This document shows, piece after piece, positions 10,925 through 22,900 of a DNA stretch of 64,000 nt (positions are counted from its first letter, which is position 1; each line of letters begins with the position of its first letter). Below the pieces are notes generated by a model, which saw only the letters and a program-made list of their open reading frames with translations, did no database searches and was not told the origin of the DNA. A program made the translations under genes and the position numbers. The DNA comes from Fimbriosthenelais zetlandica (Eukaryota). The stretch spans positions 38,750,001-38,814,000 of the forward strand of contig OZ365110.1 in the NCBI GenBank assembly GCA_977030845.1, given 5' to 3'.

Positions 10925-11410
10925 GGCTTCTAGGTCACGACCGGCTCACATCTGCTCAGAACTGATTAGAGTTGTCATGAACTTCTCATGACCATGACTG
11001 CTTCTGCCGTTGAACTGAACTGCTCATGACCACTCCTGCTTTTGCCCCTTGCCATTTCCTTGCCTTTGCCTTTCCCCTCCTCCTAACGGATGATCGTTGA
11101 TCTCAAAACAGGTCTTGTTTCATAATTTAAAAATCACTGCCTCTGTCAGTGTTAAGCAAATACTGCTTAATAGCCACTACTTACATCTGCTCAGAGCTGA
11201 CTAGATGTAATCTGAACGGCTCGTAGCAACTATTATAGCTGTCACTATTTTCCTTTTGCTTTCCATTTTCACTTCATTCTTGATTCCGCCTTGGCTATTA
11301 GGTCACGAGCTGCTCACAACTGCCCCTAAGTGGTTGAAACTGCCAAGAACTGCTCATGACCACCCCTGCTCCTGCCCCTTTCCTTTCCCCGCCAGTTCCC
11401 CTTTTGCCCA
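10925..11410. repeat. Local degenerate duplication (~330-370 bp offset)
   Basis: taggtcacga at 10931 and 11299; gaactgctcatgaccac at ~11017 and ~11347, each followed by a similar C/T-rich tract; acatctgctcaga(a/g)ctga(t/c)taga also recurs. Confidence 0.75.
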
Positions 11411-14400
11411 TCAAAAAAGTATTTATACCAAAATAGGGGAATGCTTCAAGACAAAACTTGTATTGCTTCGATCAATGCTAAACCAATCCTAATTGCTAGC
11501 TAATTAGATACCTGCTCATATCTCCTTAGGGGGACAACCATGGCGGTGTAGTAGTTGTGTTGTTTGTGTTGTTTGTTGTGTTGTTGTCCCAATATTCATA
11601 TAATTATAAGCTTCCTGGCTGCTGACGTACATGGAATGATTGGATCATAAACAACACATGTTCTATAAATCTTTTGGATCCGTCTGAATGGATACGTCTT
11701 CACAAATGTTTAATCTCAATAGTGAGAATCTGTGTTATTGGAACTCTGGAATAATTCATACATAACACGTCTGATTCGGCCCATTTTTAAATCTCTTTGA
11801 ATTCTCACATTTAACAACATAATAACTTCCGAATGGTTGCAAAATTCTTTTGGTGGACAAAAATCCCGCTGGAAGTGAGTGACATTCCAGATCAGGGTTT
11901 CCAAGCCTACACTACCTCCTCTTTTCCTCGATCACGTGGTTTACAACGGATTACTCATTCCGCACACAATGGCAGCGAGGCCTCTGATTGGCCCGTACCG
12001 ATATTGAGTTTCTGTACAAGTGCTTGTGTGTGCGCTCAGCAGTGGTGATTGAAGACAGAACAAGTTCTTTATTTTCCCTTGTCATGGTACGAATTGTGTT
12101 AGAGACTTGAATACTAGTCCGTTCTTGATCCGCTTATCATTGCCTTTCAGTATGGACATTGGAATGACCAGAGTTCAGCACGTGGGGATCACAATTTCCC
12201 ATGAACAAGGCTTTCTTTGATAGAGATCCTCTGATTGCTTGACGATCGACATACTAGGCTTATTTAGAGGCAGGGGGAAGTAGAGTTCCCTTTTTATACC
12301 TCATGTTCTACTTTTGGCAAGAGCTTTATTAACAGTGAAAAATCATGTACAGTACATAAAATCGAATTAGGGTGTCTTTTCTATAGCGTAACTTGACAGG
12401 AATGCATGTGATACAATTTTGAATACGCGTAATTATTCTGAACAAATGCATAAATGAAAAGATAGCTTTCATAAATATTTCGATTTAATCTTTCAACCAA
12501 TATAAACCGTATATTTCATGATATAATCATGATGAATTATAGTATACAAATGAAAATGTCTCCGTTGGCAGTCGGCTCCTGCTGTGTCTGATTAAAAAGG
12601 TATCACTTGCGCTTTTACCGCCCAGCCACTACCATATTGGAGTACACTTTTTAAATGGGCCAAGTCTGATAGTGTATCAGGCAGTCCACCAGCTCCTGGA
12701 TTTGTTGACTGATATTGCGTCTGTCACATTGACTAAGCGTTCAATAAATATTGCGTTAGGCACGTCATCGGGTGTCCCTGCCCATTGCACTGTTGCGTTT
12801 GCTTGGTTTGCTAGCTTTGTCCTGGCCAGAAAAAGTCCAGTTCCTAAGAAATGAGGAGTTGGTACTTTGCACATAGCTGGCTGAATATCTGTGGAAGGAT
12901 CATTCATGGCATGTTTCCCTATCTTTAATGTAATTGTTACCTCCATTATTTGTGGTACACATGGATGGGCGTGGTGTCAATTCAATATCCGTGTGTTGGA
13001 TAGTGTTAATTGCTTTGGTTACACCCTGACTGTTGATCAAAACCCACTTGCTGTAGCATCATGAAGGGGAAGGCAAAGCCTTTGCCTGAGATATCGGCAT
13101 GCCTGGTAGTTTTGAGAGTAGAAAAGGTCATGAATATGTGTCGACAAGCATACCTTTCAATGCCTAAATCATTTTCTCGTCAACGTCCATCAGCAACCGA
13201 CCTTAAGGTACAACCCCTCCTATAAAGCACCACCCGTTACACCATTCAGACACATTACACTTAAGACAAAGAGAGATAATCCTATTATGTCCTATGTGTA
13301 GGATTAACAGGCACTCTAATCCCTTAGCCAAAGCCTGGACCCAGGAAAAGGTCCAAACAATTCCTTCCACCAATACTTGGGCGACACCTTCCAGAGGTGG
13401 AAGGGAAACTGGCAGACCAGCTATTGATAAAATGTCCCCGACCCAATAAGGCTTAGGCCCAACAGGCAGTTACACAGCTGTGCATGACACGCTCTTAGTC
13501 GCTTAACAATGTTTGAATTCCTATTAGAAATGCCTGATTAAAAGCTAAAACAAATGTCATTGCAGCGCTATGGGCTTGCTGAGAAAGCTCTTCTGAGGGG
13601 TGGGGTAAGAAGGGTCGTTGTTGGAAGGGGATGGGGGAGTTAGGGAGGGGTTGTTGGATTGGATTGGTGGTGTAACACAGCATGCACTCAGGAGCTGCTC
13701 AATGTGCTCTCACATCGTGATATGTTCATCAAATCTGGCACTTTTCCGTGCAGGAAATGGCTCCTTATATAGAGTGACATGCAATCCGCACTTAATATGA
13801 GAAATATCCAATGTGGGTATCTAATGTGATAAAGATACTGTATTGAAATGACTTTCTTACTTTCGGCAATGGCTATGTGGCATAAGAAACATTTCAGAAA
13901 GCATCTGCAGAGGGTACATAAATCCTTATATTATTATTTTATTGTAAAGTTGTAAGTTACATTAGCCAGTGACTTAAGTATATATATATATAGATCATTG
14001 AGTGAAGACAGGGAGAAACCTTATACAAGAGCAACAGACAGGCTGGAATGAAACTCAGCTCTTCTTTAATGAAAGATTAAGTCTGTATTAGCCCATGCAA
14101 CCACCTACATACAGTGTCTCTGTGGATTACCTTTAATCTATGGGATATGCAGCATACTGGCAGGTAGTAGTCCCAGAGTAAACGACCTATATCTACACAT
14201 CCCTCTAGGCAAAGGCCATATTCTCCTATGATGGACAACCCGTTTCATTAAGGAATTACAATGCGACAGAAGGGAAATGAGGCAAATAGCCATATGTCAG
14301 TCAGACAAGAAGGTCGTGTTGGGGGTCTTTTTTTCTCGGCTGGTTCAGAAGACCAATCAAACTTGTATGGGCCCTGCCAGGCACGCAGGGTGCCCTATCA

Positions 14401-17400
14401 TTTATTAAAGGGGTAATTCGGGTCCCCTAGCACAGCACAATAGGTTGTGTTGGACAAGGACACCACAATTTGACTACGAAGCTAATCTCTTACCTTTCCT
14501 TATTAATCCAACTCGCCATCGAGCTCTAACTTTTTCAGGAATTGTCGAATGGATCTGATAACTAGCATTGAATATTTCACCTATATTTATCGCACTGGCA
14601 ACCGATGATTTACACCACTAAAACTCTGCTGTCTCTGGTGGTGTAATTTGTGTCGGGATTTGTGTATTTGTTTACTCTGCTTGCGTAGACTGTATAATTA
14701 TGGAATTGGTGTATCCAAATACACCAATTACCACTGCAGTGGCCAATGACATCAGCTGTTGGACTTCTTTGTTATTTAACAAATCTCCAGTGTCATTTCA
14801 TGGAATCTTTTTTATGTAACGTTCATGATAATGAATGCATCCTCACCGTGTGCAGCATGCTGGCTGTTATGAAGCTAGCCAACACAGAGAAGATCCTGTG
14901 GTACTTATAAAATGCAAAGTTGCAACTGAAATGCCATATACGATTCTTAAGAGACTTTGGTTTTATATCCTACCTACACATCATACATATTTTAAAGATG
15001 ATAGTTTCTGCCACAGATGTGTCCCAGGTTTAATGACATTGAGAGCTTTTACGAGGCCTTACGTTTTAATCTATGGCATTATATACCACAATCTCAGCTC
15101 GGGCATGACCATGCATTCTTTTGGGGTCTACGTAGTACTCCAGGTATAAACCCATGTAATTATTAGAAAAATATATACATGTATAATAGTTTTATTCACC
15201 TTCAGTTGTCTGTACTTTATTTCCCTCTTACTTCGTTCAGCTGCAACATACATAGTTGTATTTTGCACTTTTAAATTGCTTTGACTGATGCCTGGCTTGT
15301 ATTCTTGAAGGTAGAAGTGGAAGCAATCTGCTGGGACCCGGAACAAGAGGGAGTGATATGCATGCATGAAGGTAAAGCCCCTTGTTCCAAAGTATAATTA
15401 GCTAATGGTAATACAGCTCCTCCCAATCATATAAAAAATTCCATGGGGAAATATCAATGCAGTTCTAACATAAAGACCTACATGTATGCGTTAACTCGCC
15501 ATTGGTCTGCTGGCAACGTTCAATGCATTTTGCCTCTTTGGGAAGCAATTAAAATACCTCAGAGGAGCGGGGGAGGATACAAACTATTCTATAAACTATA
15601 GGACATAAAGGCAGTAAACTATAATTTCATACAATATTCTATGATTCTGTCATTGCCTTTTTATTTACTATAGTACTGATGCACTATTGAAGGTCTCCCC
15701 AGTCTACTCGAGTGGACGTGTACAGAAATATAGCTGACCTGACAAAAATATCTTTGCTCCTACTTACTATATAACCTTACTCCTTAGACATAATATGGAA
15801 AGAGCATGATATTTGAGAAATATTATCTTATAGCTGCAATAATTAACCTACTCCTGCCTTTCCATAATGACTGTGGAAGTGCAATTCACAAGGGACCCGC
15901 GTGACTCATCTCAAGGTCCCTATATGTCTCTTTCAGAACACACAAAATCAAGCACCCGAGAAAAACGGCTTGTCCGCCCCACACTTTATGGCCCTTTGCT
16001 GAGGGCTCGATGCCGAGTGTACTTTATGAGTTGCTCGCATAGGTGGAACTACTCACGGCGCCAACCCTCATCAAGCAACTCACTACCCACTCAACCGACT
16101 GGTTTATGTAGCCTTCTTGATCCTACCCTATCAGCAACGGCAATGGTCACACTTAATGGTCAACACCTATATTCACCAGCAATTACTGAACATTTGGAAT
16201 TGACCTCCACATATAGTACACTGAGGACCGGGCCTTGAGTTGCGGTGCCTCAGACCCAACACCTTTCAGGTCTGGTTCAAGATAATGTCGTGGTTCTTTG
16301 TAGAGACCTTGCCGGTGAATTATCATGAGTATATTGAGAGCTATGTGCTGGTTTGAGTCACAGTGGAAGCAAGACCACATTAAACCAATGTCAGAGGACC
16401 TGGAGGGTGAGGATCTTCCCTGTGTGGGTGTGTATATGTGTTGGTAAGGTTGCTCTCTATACTTAATCCTTCCCCCAGTGGGATGGTACCACCCTGGAGG
16501 GTCAGAATGGACTAATACCATCAATAACATATAGGATACATCAAGGGCTAATGCCCCATTGGTTAGGCCCCTGCTGCCGCACACTGCCACCACTACAAGT
16601 CAGTGGAGATCATAAATCAGCCGCCTCACTTGCTGCTATTGCCTTCTGCAGGACAGGCCAAACAGGTATGTGCAGTATATAACTTAGCGACCCTCTAATT
16701 TAAAGGATCCATCTTATTTCCCCTTAAAAGCCCAAACTGGACACACCAAATGGCCTCGCTTATGATATATGAACCCCCAATTGTAATTGAATCAATAATG
16801 AACTTCAGTCAGGCTACATATCCATACATTTACTTATGGGCTGAGGTCAAAGGAGAAAGGTCAGGGGTCAGGTCAGGGTGCGGGGCTGTTGATGTAAAGG
16901 ACTAAAAAATTCATACATGAATAATGGACCAGTCATGTGCAGCACATTAATATTTGATAATTGTCTTTGATACCTTGACCCAGCATTGTGTAGTAAAATA
17001 GTCGAATATATGGAAGAATTTTATCTCTCGGTAGTATATAAAAAGATGAGTTTAACACGGGTTACAAACACCAGCCACACAGCGGCCACCTCATATCTCG
17101 TGTAAATTAAATACGATCTGTCGATTCAACATGCCCATCAATTTAACAGTTATTTTACAAATGGATTTTTACCAACGACGTTCACACTTCCATATGCCTA
17201 CATAATATTATAAGTTAGTATTGTATATTATTTGGTGATCACTAAGTCCTGTAGAGACACTTTTGTGTAGATCTGTGTTTTCTTTCGTAACCCTACTTTT
17301 TAATGTCTGCCCACATTAAATATGTTCAGACAAATTTTATACGCCCTGCTGGCTGGGGTACATCCGAGTGACTGCCTCCAATTGCATTGAGTCATCACAT

Positions 17401-18109
17401 CAATTCTTCATAATTCAAATTAATAGGTGTCGTAGGCTCTTTGGTAGGCCCAGAGTTCACACTGGCAGACAAGAACAAACATGTGTCAGGGTTGTAAAGC
17501 GTCTGGGAGGGGCTAGAGGGGACTGAACAGCCATATACATGTAATGTGTGCTGATAGAACAGTCCAATAAATGACCAGAGCAACAGGGGGATAAATCACA
17601 ACAGCTAGCCCCTCATGGGATGCCCTCAAAGCCTAGTCATAAATCACCAGCCAGACAGGCATTGCTTACAGCTTTCCTATAGCTCTAAATCCACACGTGG
17701 CAAGTGGTACACCGCCCCTTGTACTTATGTGAATATTTCTGAAAAATGTGAATCATTTATTTTATTATCCCCCTCCCCATCCCGAAAGTTTTTTGGGATA
17801 TCGGGGTTTTAAGCATAACCTTCCAGTACAATACTATATATTGCCTTTTCAAAAGCAGCTTATGCTGTGTATGAAAAGTTCAATACAGCATCTTTTGGCC
17901 ATTGACACGCTATATACAGTTGCATTTATTTATAATGCTGTTTTGTCCACGGGCAGTTTAATTCAAACATCCAGTAGCCTACTCTTTTGTGAATCTAGTG
18001 TAAACACAGTCATTCCTCTGACAGATAGCAATCTGTACACTGAGCGATCTGTGGCAATATCACCAGCTTACATAGCGGACGCCTACAGCCCCAGCTTTTT
18101 CTTGAAATG

Positions 18110-18560
18110 ACAGTCGGGCGGGATCAGGAACGAATTCCCCCGGAATTAGGCTGGAATGGGAAGGATCAGGCATTTAAAGCGAGGCCCGGCGCCGGCCTAG
18201 GCGGCACTGTCCATGCGAGGCATTTAAGTGGGCGATTTGGCCGCGTAGATAAGCCCACCCGGCACTTGGGTTAAGCTCCGATGACACTGAACGTCAGGCA
18301 GCCGTTATCCGCACGATGATTGGTTCACATCGATTTGGGTGCGTATTGATTGCCGCTGAGACTAAGATACTGCAGAGCAGACGACAAATGGTGGCGTTGA
18401 ATGCCGGAAGTGCGTGAGGGTGCAGGAGCGCAGTGTCCCAGTTTTTTCTCCCTCCGCGCAGAACCCACTTCCGCCGCGGCTGTGGTGAGCGGGCGTGTCT
18501 GGGAAGGAACCTTTCAGGAGATCCTCCCTGGGGTCTGTCTCACAGGCGCCTGTAAAACAG
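18110..18560. promoter_or_regulatory. GC/CpG-rich island, promoter- or enhancer-like
   Basis: Abrupt rise in GC and CpG against an AT-rich background; ETS-like gccggaagtg and cacttccg; possible + donor GTG|GTGAGC near 18484. Confidence 0.4.
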
Positions 18561-18734
18561 GAGTATGAAAGAGATAGCAAACTCACAGGTGACAAAAGGG
18601 GGTGTGAATGAGCTACACAGTGTCCTTAAAAAGTTCAGGGACCCCCTGTCTTGTAACTTAAATGCATGACACACTATAGTCATATGACTATATATGTATG
18701 GACTAATGGAACGAATTTAGTGAAAGTGGATTTA

Positions 18735-18809
18735 GGGGCCTGTTTCAAAATAAAAGGGTTATAAGCAATACTAAGTTTATGGCTAATATTCCTTTTGAAA
18801 CAGGCTCCC
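18735..18809. mobile_element. ~75-bp fold-back MITE-like element, family copy 1
   Basis: Termini ggggcctgtttcaaaa ... ttttgaaacaggctccc; its reverse complement closely matches the copy at 59225. Confidence 0.7.
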
Positions 18810-18945
18810 GGACACATCCCGGATTCAAAGTAGTTTATGATGCTATGAATAAGGTTTTCTAAAAGGACGATGACAATAATGGTGCTAAGTCAGCGGGACA
18901 GGACAACTCAATTTTGAAAAAAATGTAGATACTGCAGTTCTCCTT

Positions 18946-18964
18946 GGGGGGGGGGGGGGGGGGG
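18946..18964. repeat. poly(G) run (19 nt)
   Basis: Seen directly. Confidence 0.9.
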
Positions 18965-20179
18965 CAGAATTGTTATTGACGTCATGAACGTAAATGAAGT
19001 GTGCATTTTATTATAAAACACAGATTATACCTTCAGCTATAGCTGAAACCTGTACATGACCATTTTGAGCAAAATGTCATTAAACCAAATATTTAGCATC
19101 TTTAAATCCTAGATAATACATATTCATCGGATTTATTCATTCTATTATCTCCATAACTTAAACACATTAATTGCGGGCCTAATTGGAACTAAATATGAAT
19201 TTTCACACGTTCCTTTCTCTCCAAAATTGAGGTGCAATCTCACTTTGTTGTTTTGAAAGCTTTTTCCAATTTCACCAATCAACAATGGGTTGTCCCTACC
19301 TGTTAATTAGTTAAGGGAGTAACCTCACTTCAGAGAAAACTCCAGAGTGCTCCAACGTTTCTTGTAAAAGCCCAGTCCACCTCCTCTGGGGGTACTATGG
19401 GTACCCCTGGGGTGGTACCCGAGAAAGCATCGCATCGTTTCGGTCGCCATCATGGAAGACTTTTTATGCAAGTTGTCGAATGAAAGCCTTGAATGCGTTA
19501 TACGATGCATTAGAAACTTTTAGGTGGATTTCAAGGTTTTATCAGGTATCAATTCCATAAAATTTAATGAAGAATGTTTAAAGTGTCAAATAATCGACTC
19601 GATTCAAAGGAAGGTTTAAGTTGAACATAACCCAGCTGCAGATAGACAATCTTATTAGGTATTTGCATTAAACAGTTGCATTATTCTCAGGTCTTCTCCA
19701 TAAGAGTGACAAAGGTTTTGAACATATTCAAATTCTCCCTAGTCGGCCAACCGCCAAGAAGCTACAGAATGTTAGCAGATGTTGAAGAGACGCTAGGCGA
19801 TGAGAACTTCGCCGAATTTCGCTAGTGGTGTTCTCCTACACTATGTGTGAGGGCCCCATTATGATATGCAGCGTGGAGAAGGTGCAAATGATATAAGTCT
19901 CTCTGGACATACATTTAGCATGCCAAGTGATGTATGTCACAGTATCCCTACCACTAACACTAGATCCAAGTTACCAAGGCTTCACCTTCATGCACTTGCT
20001 TTAAGTTCATAAAAAAAACCTCTTTTCACTGGCAAAAAACTTTCTTTGGGCAGTACCTCGCATGAGTCGTCCCGTTTGCCTCAAGTCCACTGCTAATTTA
20101 GAAACAGAAAGCACAAAAAAGCGTTGTTTTCTTCCCTGTTTTAAGAGGGAGTAATTTTGTGTCAGATTAATAATCGACA

Positions 20180-20700
20180 GGCATGAGAAGAGGCGTCTGG
20201 TTGCTAACGTTTGTAAGACCTGGATGGCTGTCTCGGGAAGGCTCTGTCAACACTCTCCCTCCATTTTATCTACTGGTCTCGCGTGTCTAACAACGATTCT
20301 CGAGACTTGACGAGACTACGCCCCCCATCCACTTGCTCTTAGGTTCTCCAAACGCAAGCCCTTCCCGCCCCCTCCTTCTCCTCCTCATCCTCTTCCCATG
20401 CCTCTCTCACCGCCCGCGTTGCACGTCGGGAGATTAGATGACGGAAGCGGAAGTAGCAATTGTCGCAGGCTATTGAAGGGTTGGTGGATGGAATTCGCTG
20501 GCAAACTATTATAGTCAGGTTTAGCCTGGACAAACCGTGTGGGAGAGGACGAGAGAGTAAGGAAATAGGCCCCGGCCTTATGGGCGGCCTGTTGACACGA
20601 GGTATTAAAACCTCACCAAATGCCCGGATGTTGTGCTAGCCATAGGTCCACGTGATTAATGACGTCATGTGAGAAAAAAGACGGGAGGACAAGGTGGGAA
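20180..20700. promoter_or_regulatory. CpG-rich regulatory-looking patch with adjacent E-box and CRE
   Basis: CACGTG at 20649-20654 and TGACGTCA at 20660-20667; tandem cggaag ETS-like motifs near 20442-20455. Confidence 0.4.
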
Positions 20701-21169
20701 GAGTGTCCTTGCAAAGAGTTTTATCTTAAATGATGCCTCTTTCTATATTGTGTGTTCTGGTCTAATTGACTTTGAGTTTGACTATGGAAAGACATTTCGT
20801 AATGTTGACTGTCTAAGGCACTGTGATGGTGATGGCTTTTTGCTGAACAGATAAAATTCATGATCTCCTTTAAATTTAGACAATAAGCTATGGATATCTT
20901 ATAAGCTTCGCTCCACAACTTTGTGTTTAGATTTGATAGAATTGTAATCTTCCATCCAATGACAATTTTAGTTTGCCACTTCATATTTGGTTCTCAATAG
21001 AATCATTAGAGTTTCCATAATCATTTACTGAACCTTTATGACTCAAGGGCCATACATTGTCGATGTTTATATTACTATATGGGCGGACGTCGTATTACAA
21101 TGTTTGATACCAAATTATGTACCAGGATATTCCTAACGCGTCTGTGTATGGAATAGATTATAGTATTTG

Positions 21170-21899
21170 AAAGATGAATTATTCAAGAACAGTAATTTGG
21201 TTCAGGAGACTGAGCAGGAAACTGAGCTAGATGGCAGTATTGTGACCCACCTGGATGGATCAGGCGAGATCATTGTCCGGCTGAGTGGTGACCAGTTAGC
21301 CCTATTCACACTGGAGGCTATACTTCATCCTGGTCGACACCAAAAGCCATATATCACTCTGAAACCCTCACACTCCCACAGCACATTCATGATCTCCCTC
21401 TCTGCCATGCGCCTTCCTCTTGCTACTTCTGCCATTGGCACTTCAACTCCATTCTCTAATTCCTCTTCCAATTGCAGCAGCTCCTTCATGATTCCCAATA
21501 ACCTCATATATTTTGTCTTTGAGCTATATTCCAATGTCTTGCACATAAGAGACCCCTTTACATTTTAACTCTTAATTTCAGATACATTTCGGTATATAAC
21601 CCAAATAAATATAACAACTCTTCCCAATTGATCCTCTCTGTCCATTCCTCTCCGGGACATCTGGGCATACTCAGCCCGATCGCGTTCGTCTGTGTATAGA
21701 TCTGTTTTAATTTTACAATTTCTCTTTTTAATTTCTCTGATACACTAGACATATTCTGTTTTACATTGAATTTTGCCTCGATGACCCCTGGGGCATGATA
21801 AGTCAGGTTTTGTAGTTCAGGCAAACTAGGAGAATGGCTCTTGATGAATGGGGCAATAATGAGAATCTGCCTCAACTGCTCAGTCACAAATGTGATCAT
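21170..21899 (-). pseudogene. Decayed coding-like relic of unknown family (possibly transposon-derived)
   Basis: Two adjacent out-of-frame minus ORFs (113 and 73 aa) have protein-like, helix-rich composition. The second continues past an in-frame TGA. No motif recognised. Confidence 0.3.
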
Positions 21900-22121
21900 A
21901 GTAACAATGAGCCTGCAGCTGCCTCTATCGAGTCACAACCTTCAAGTTGTCCGAGAGGTCTGTCTTTGTCGATTTGGCTGCTACAAAGGCAGGTTGATAT
22001 CTGACATGTGAAATTTAATTTGCCAGACCTACGTACATTACTTACAAATTTCTAACCAAATTGAGTATGGCAAGGATAAGAACGGTAATTATATCATATT
22101 GTATCATTCTTGTGTCAAAAT

Positions 22122-22900
22122 AAGGCATCAATGAAAACTGCATCAATTCCAGTCAGAAATTAAATGATGCAAAAATTGAAGGTAAACATCAGCAAATGGG
22201 ATCCACCCCGACATAATATGGACCCCTATGGCCCATCGAAGTAGGTGACTGGCAATATGACCCGCACCCCTCCCTGTCTTTCTGCAGAGAAACTTGGGTA
22301 GGACTTGGGTAGGAAACTTTGCACGAATTGCAAATCTTCAATATCTAAGGGATATTTCTATGATTTGGTATAGCAATAGGGTTCCCTGCAGGGATAATTG
22401 CCTGCTGATTCTTGCAGTGATTCTTCCAAGTGGAACTTGTCTACAAGGCCATCAATGAAAAATGCTTGAATTCCAACCAGAAATTAAATTATGCTAAAAT
22501 TGAAGGTAAACATCAGCAAATGGCAACTACCCCGACAGAATATGAACCCCCACACCCCATTCAAGTAGGTGACTGGCAATATAACCCGCACACCTCCCTG
22601 TCTGTTTGAAGAGATATAGGACGACATGGGTAGTAAACTTTGCAAGAATTGCAAATCTTCAATTTCAGAAGGACATTTCTATGATTTGGTAAACCAATAG
22701 CGTTCCCTCCAGGGATAATTGCCTGCTGATTCTTGCAGTGATTCTTCCAATTGGAACTTGTCTACAAGGTCATCAGTGAAAACTGCATCAATTCCAGTCA
22801 GAAATTAAATGATGCAAAAATTGAAGGCAAACATCAACAAATAATTGATAATTGCCTGCTGATTCTTGCAGTGATTCTTCCAATTGGAACTTGTCTACAA
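22122..22900. repeat. Tandem array of a ~322-bp unit (two full units, a partial third and a terminal fragment)
   Basis: Unit start aagg(c)catca(a/g)tgaaaa at 22122, 22445 and 22766; shared gataattgcctgctgattcttgcagtgattcttccaa(g/t)tggaacttgtctacaa occurs three times. Confidence 0.92.

Noticed and set aside
16183-16593. 136-aa minus ORF and overlapping 123-aa plus ORF as a retroelement gene
   Set aside because: No RT, endonuclease, integrase or zinc-knuckle motif in any frame I read.
22623-22634. GACATGGGTAGT, similar to the middle of miR-71
   Set aside because: The seed is absent, there is no hairpin partner, and it lies inside the tandem repeat unit.
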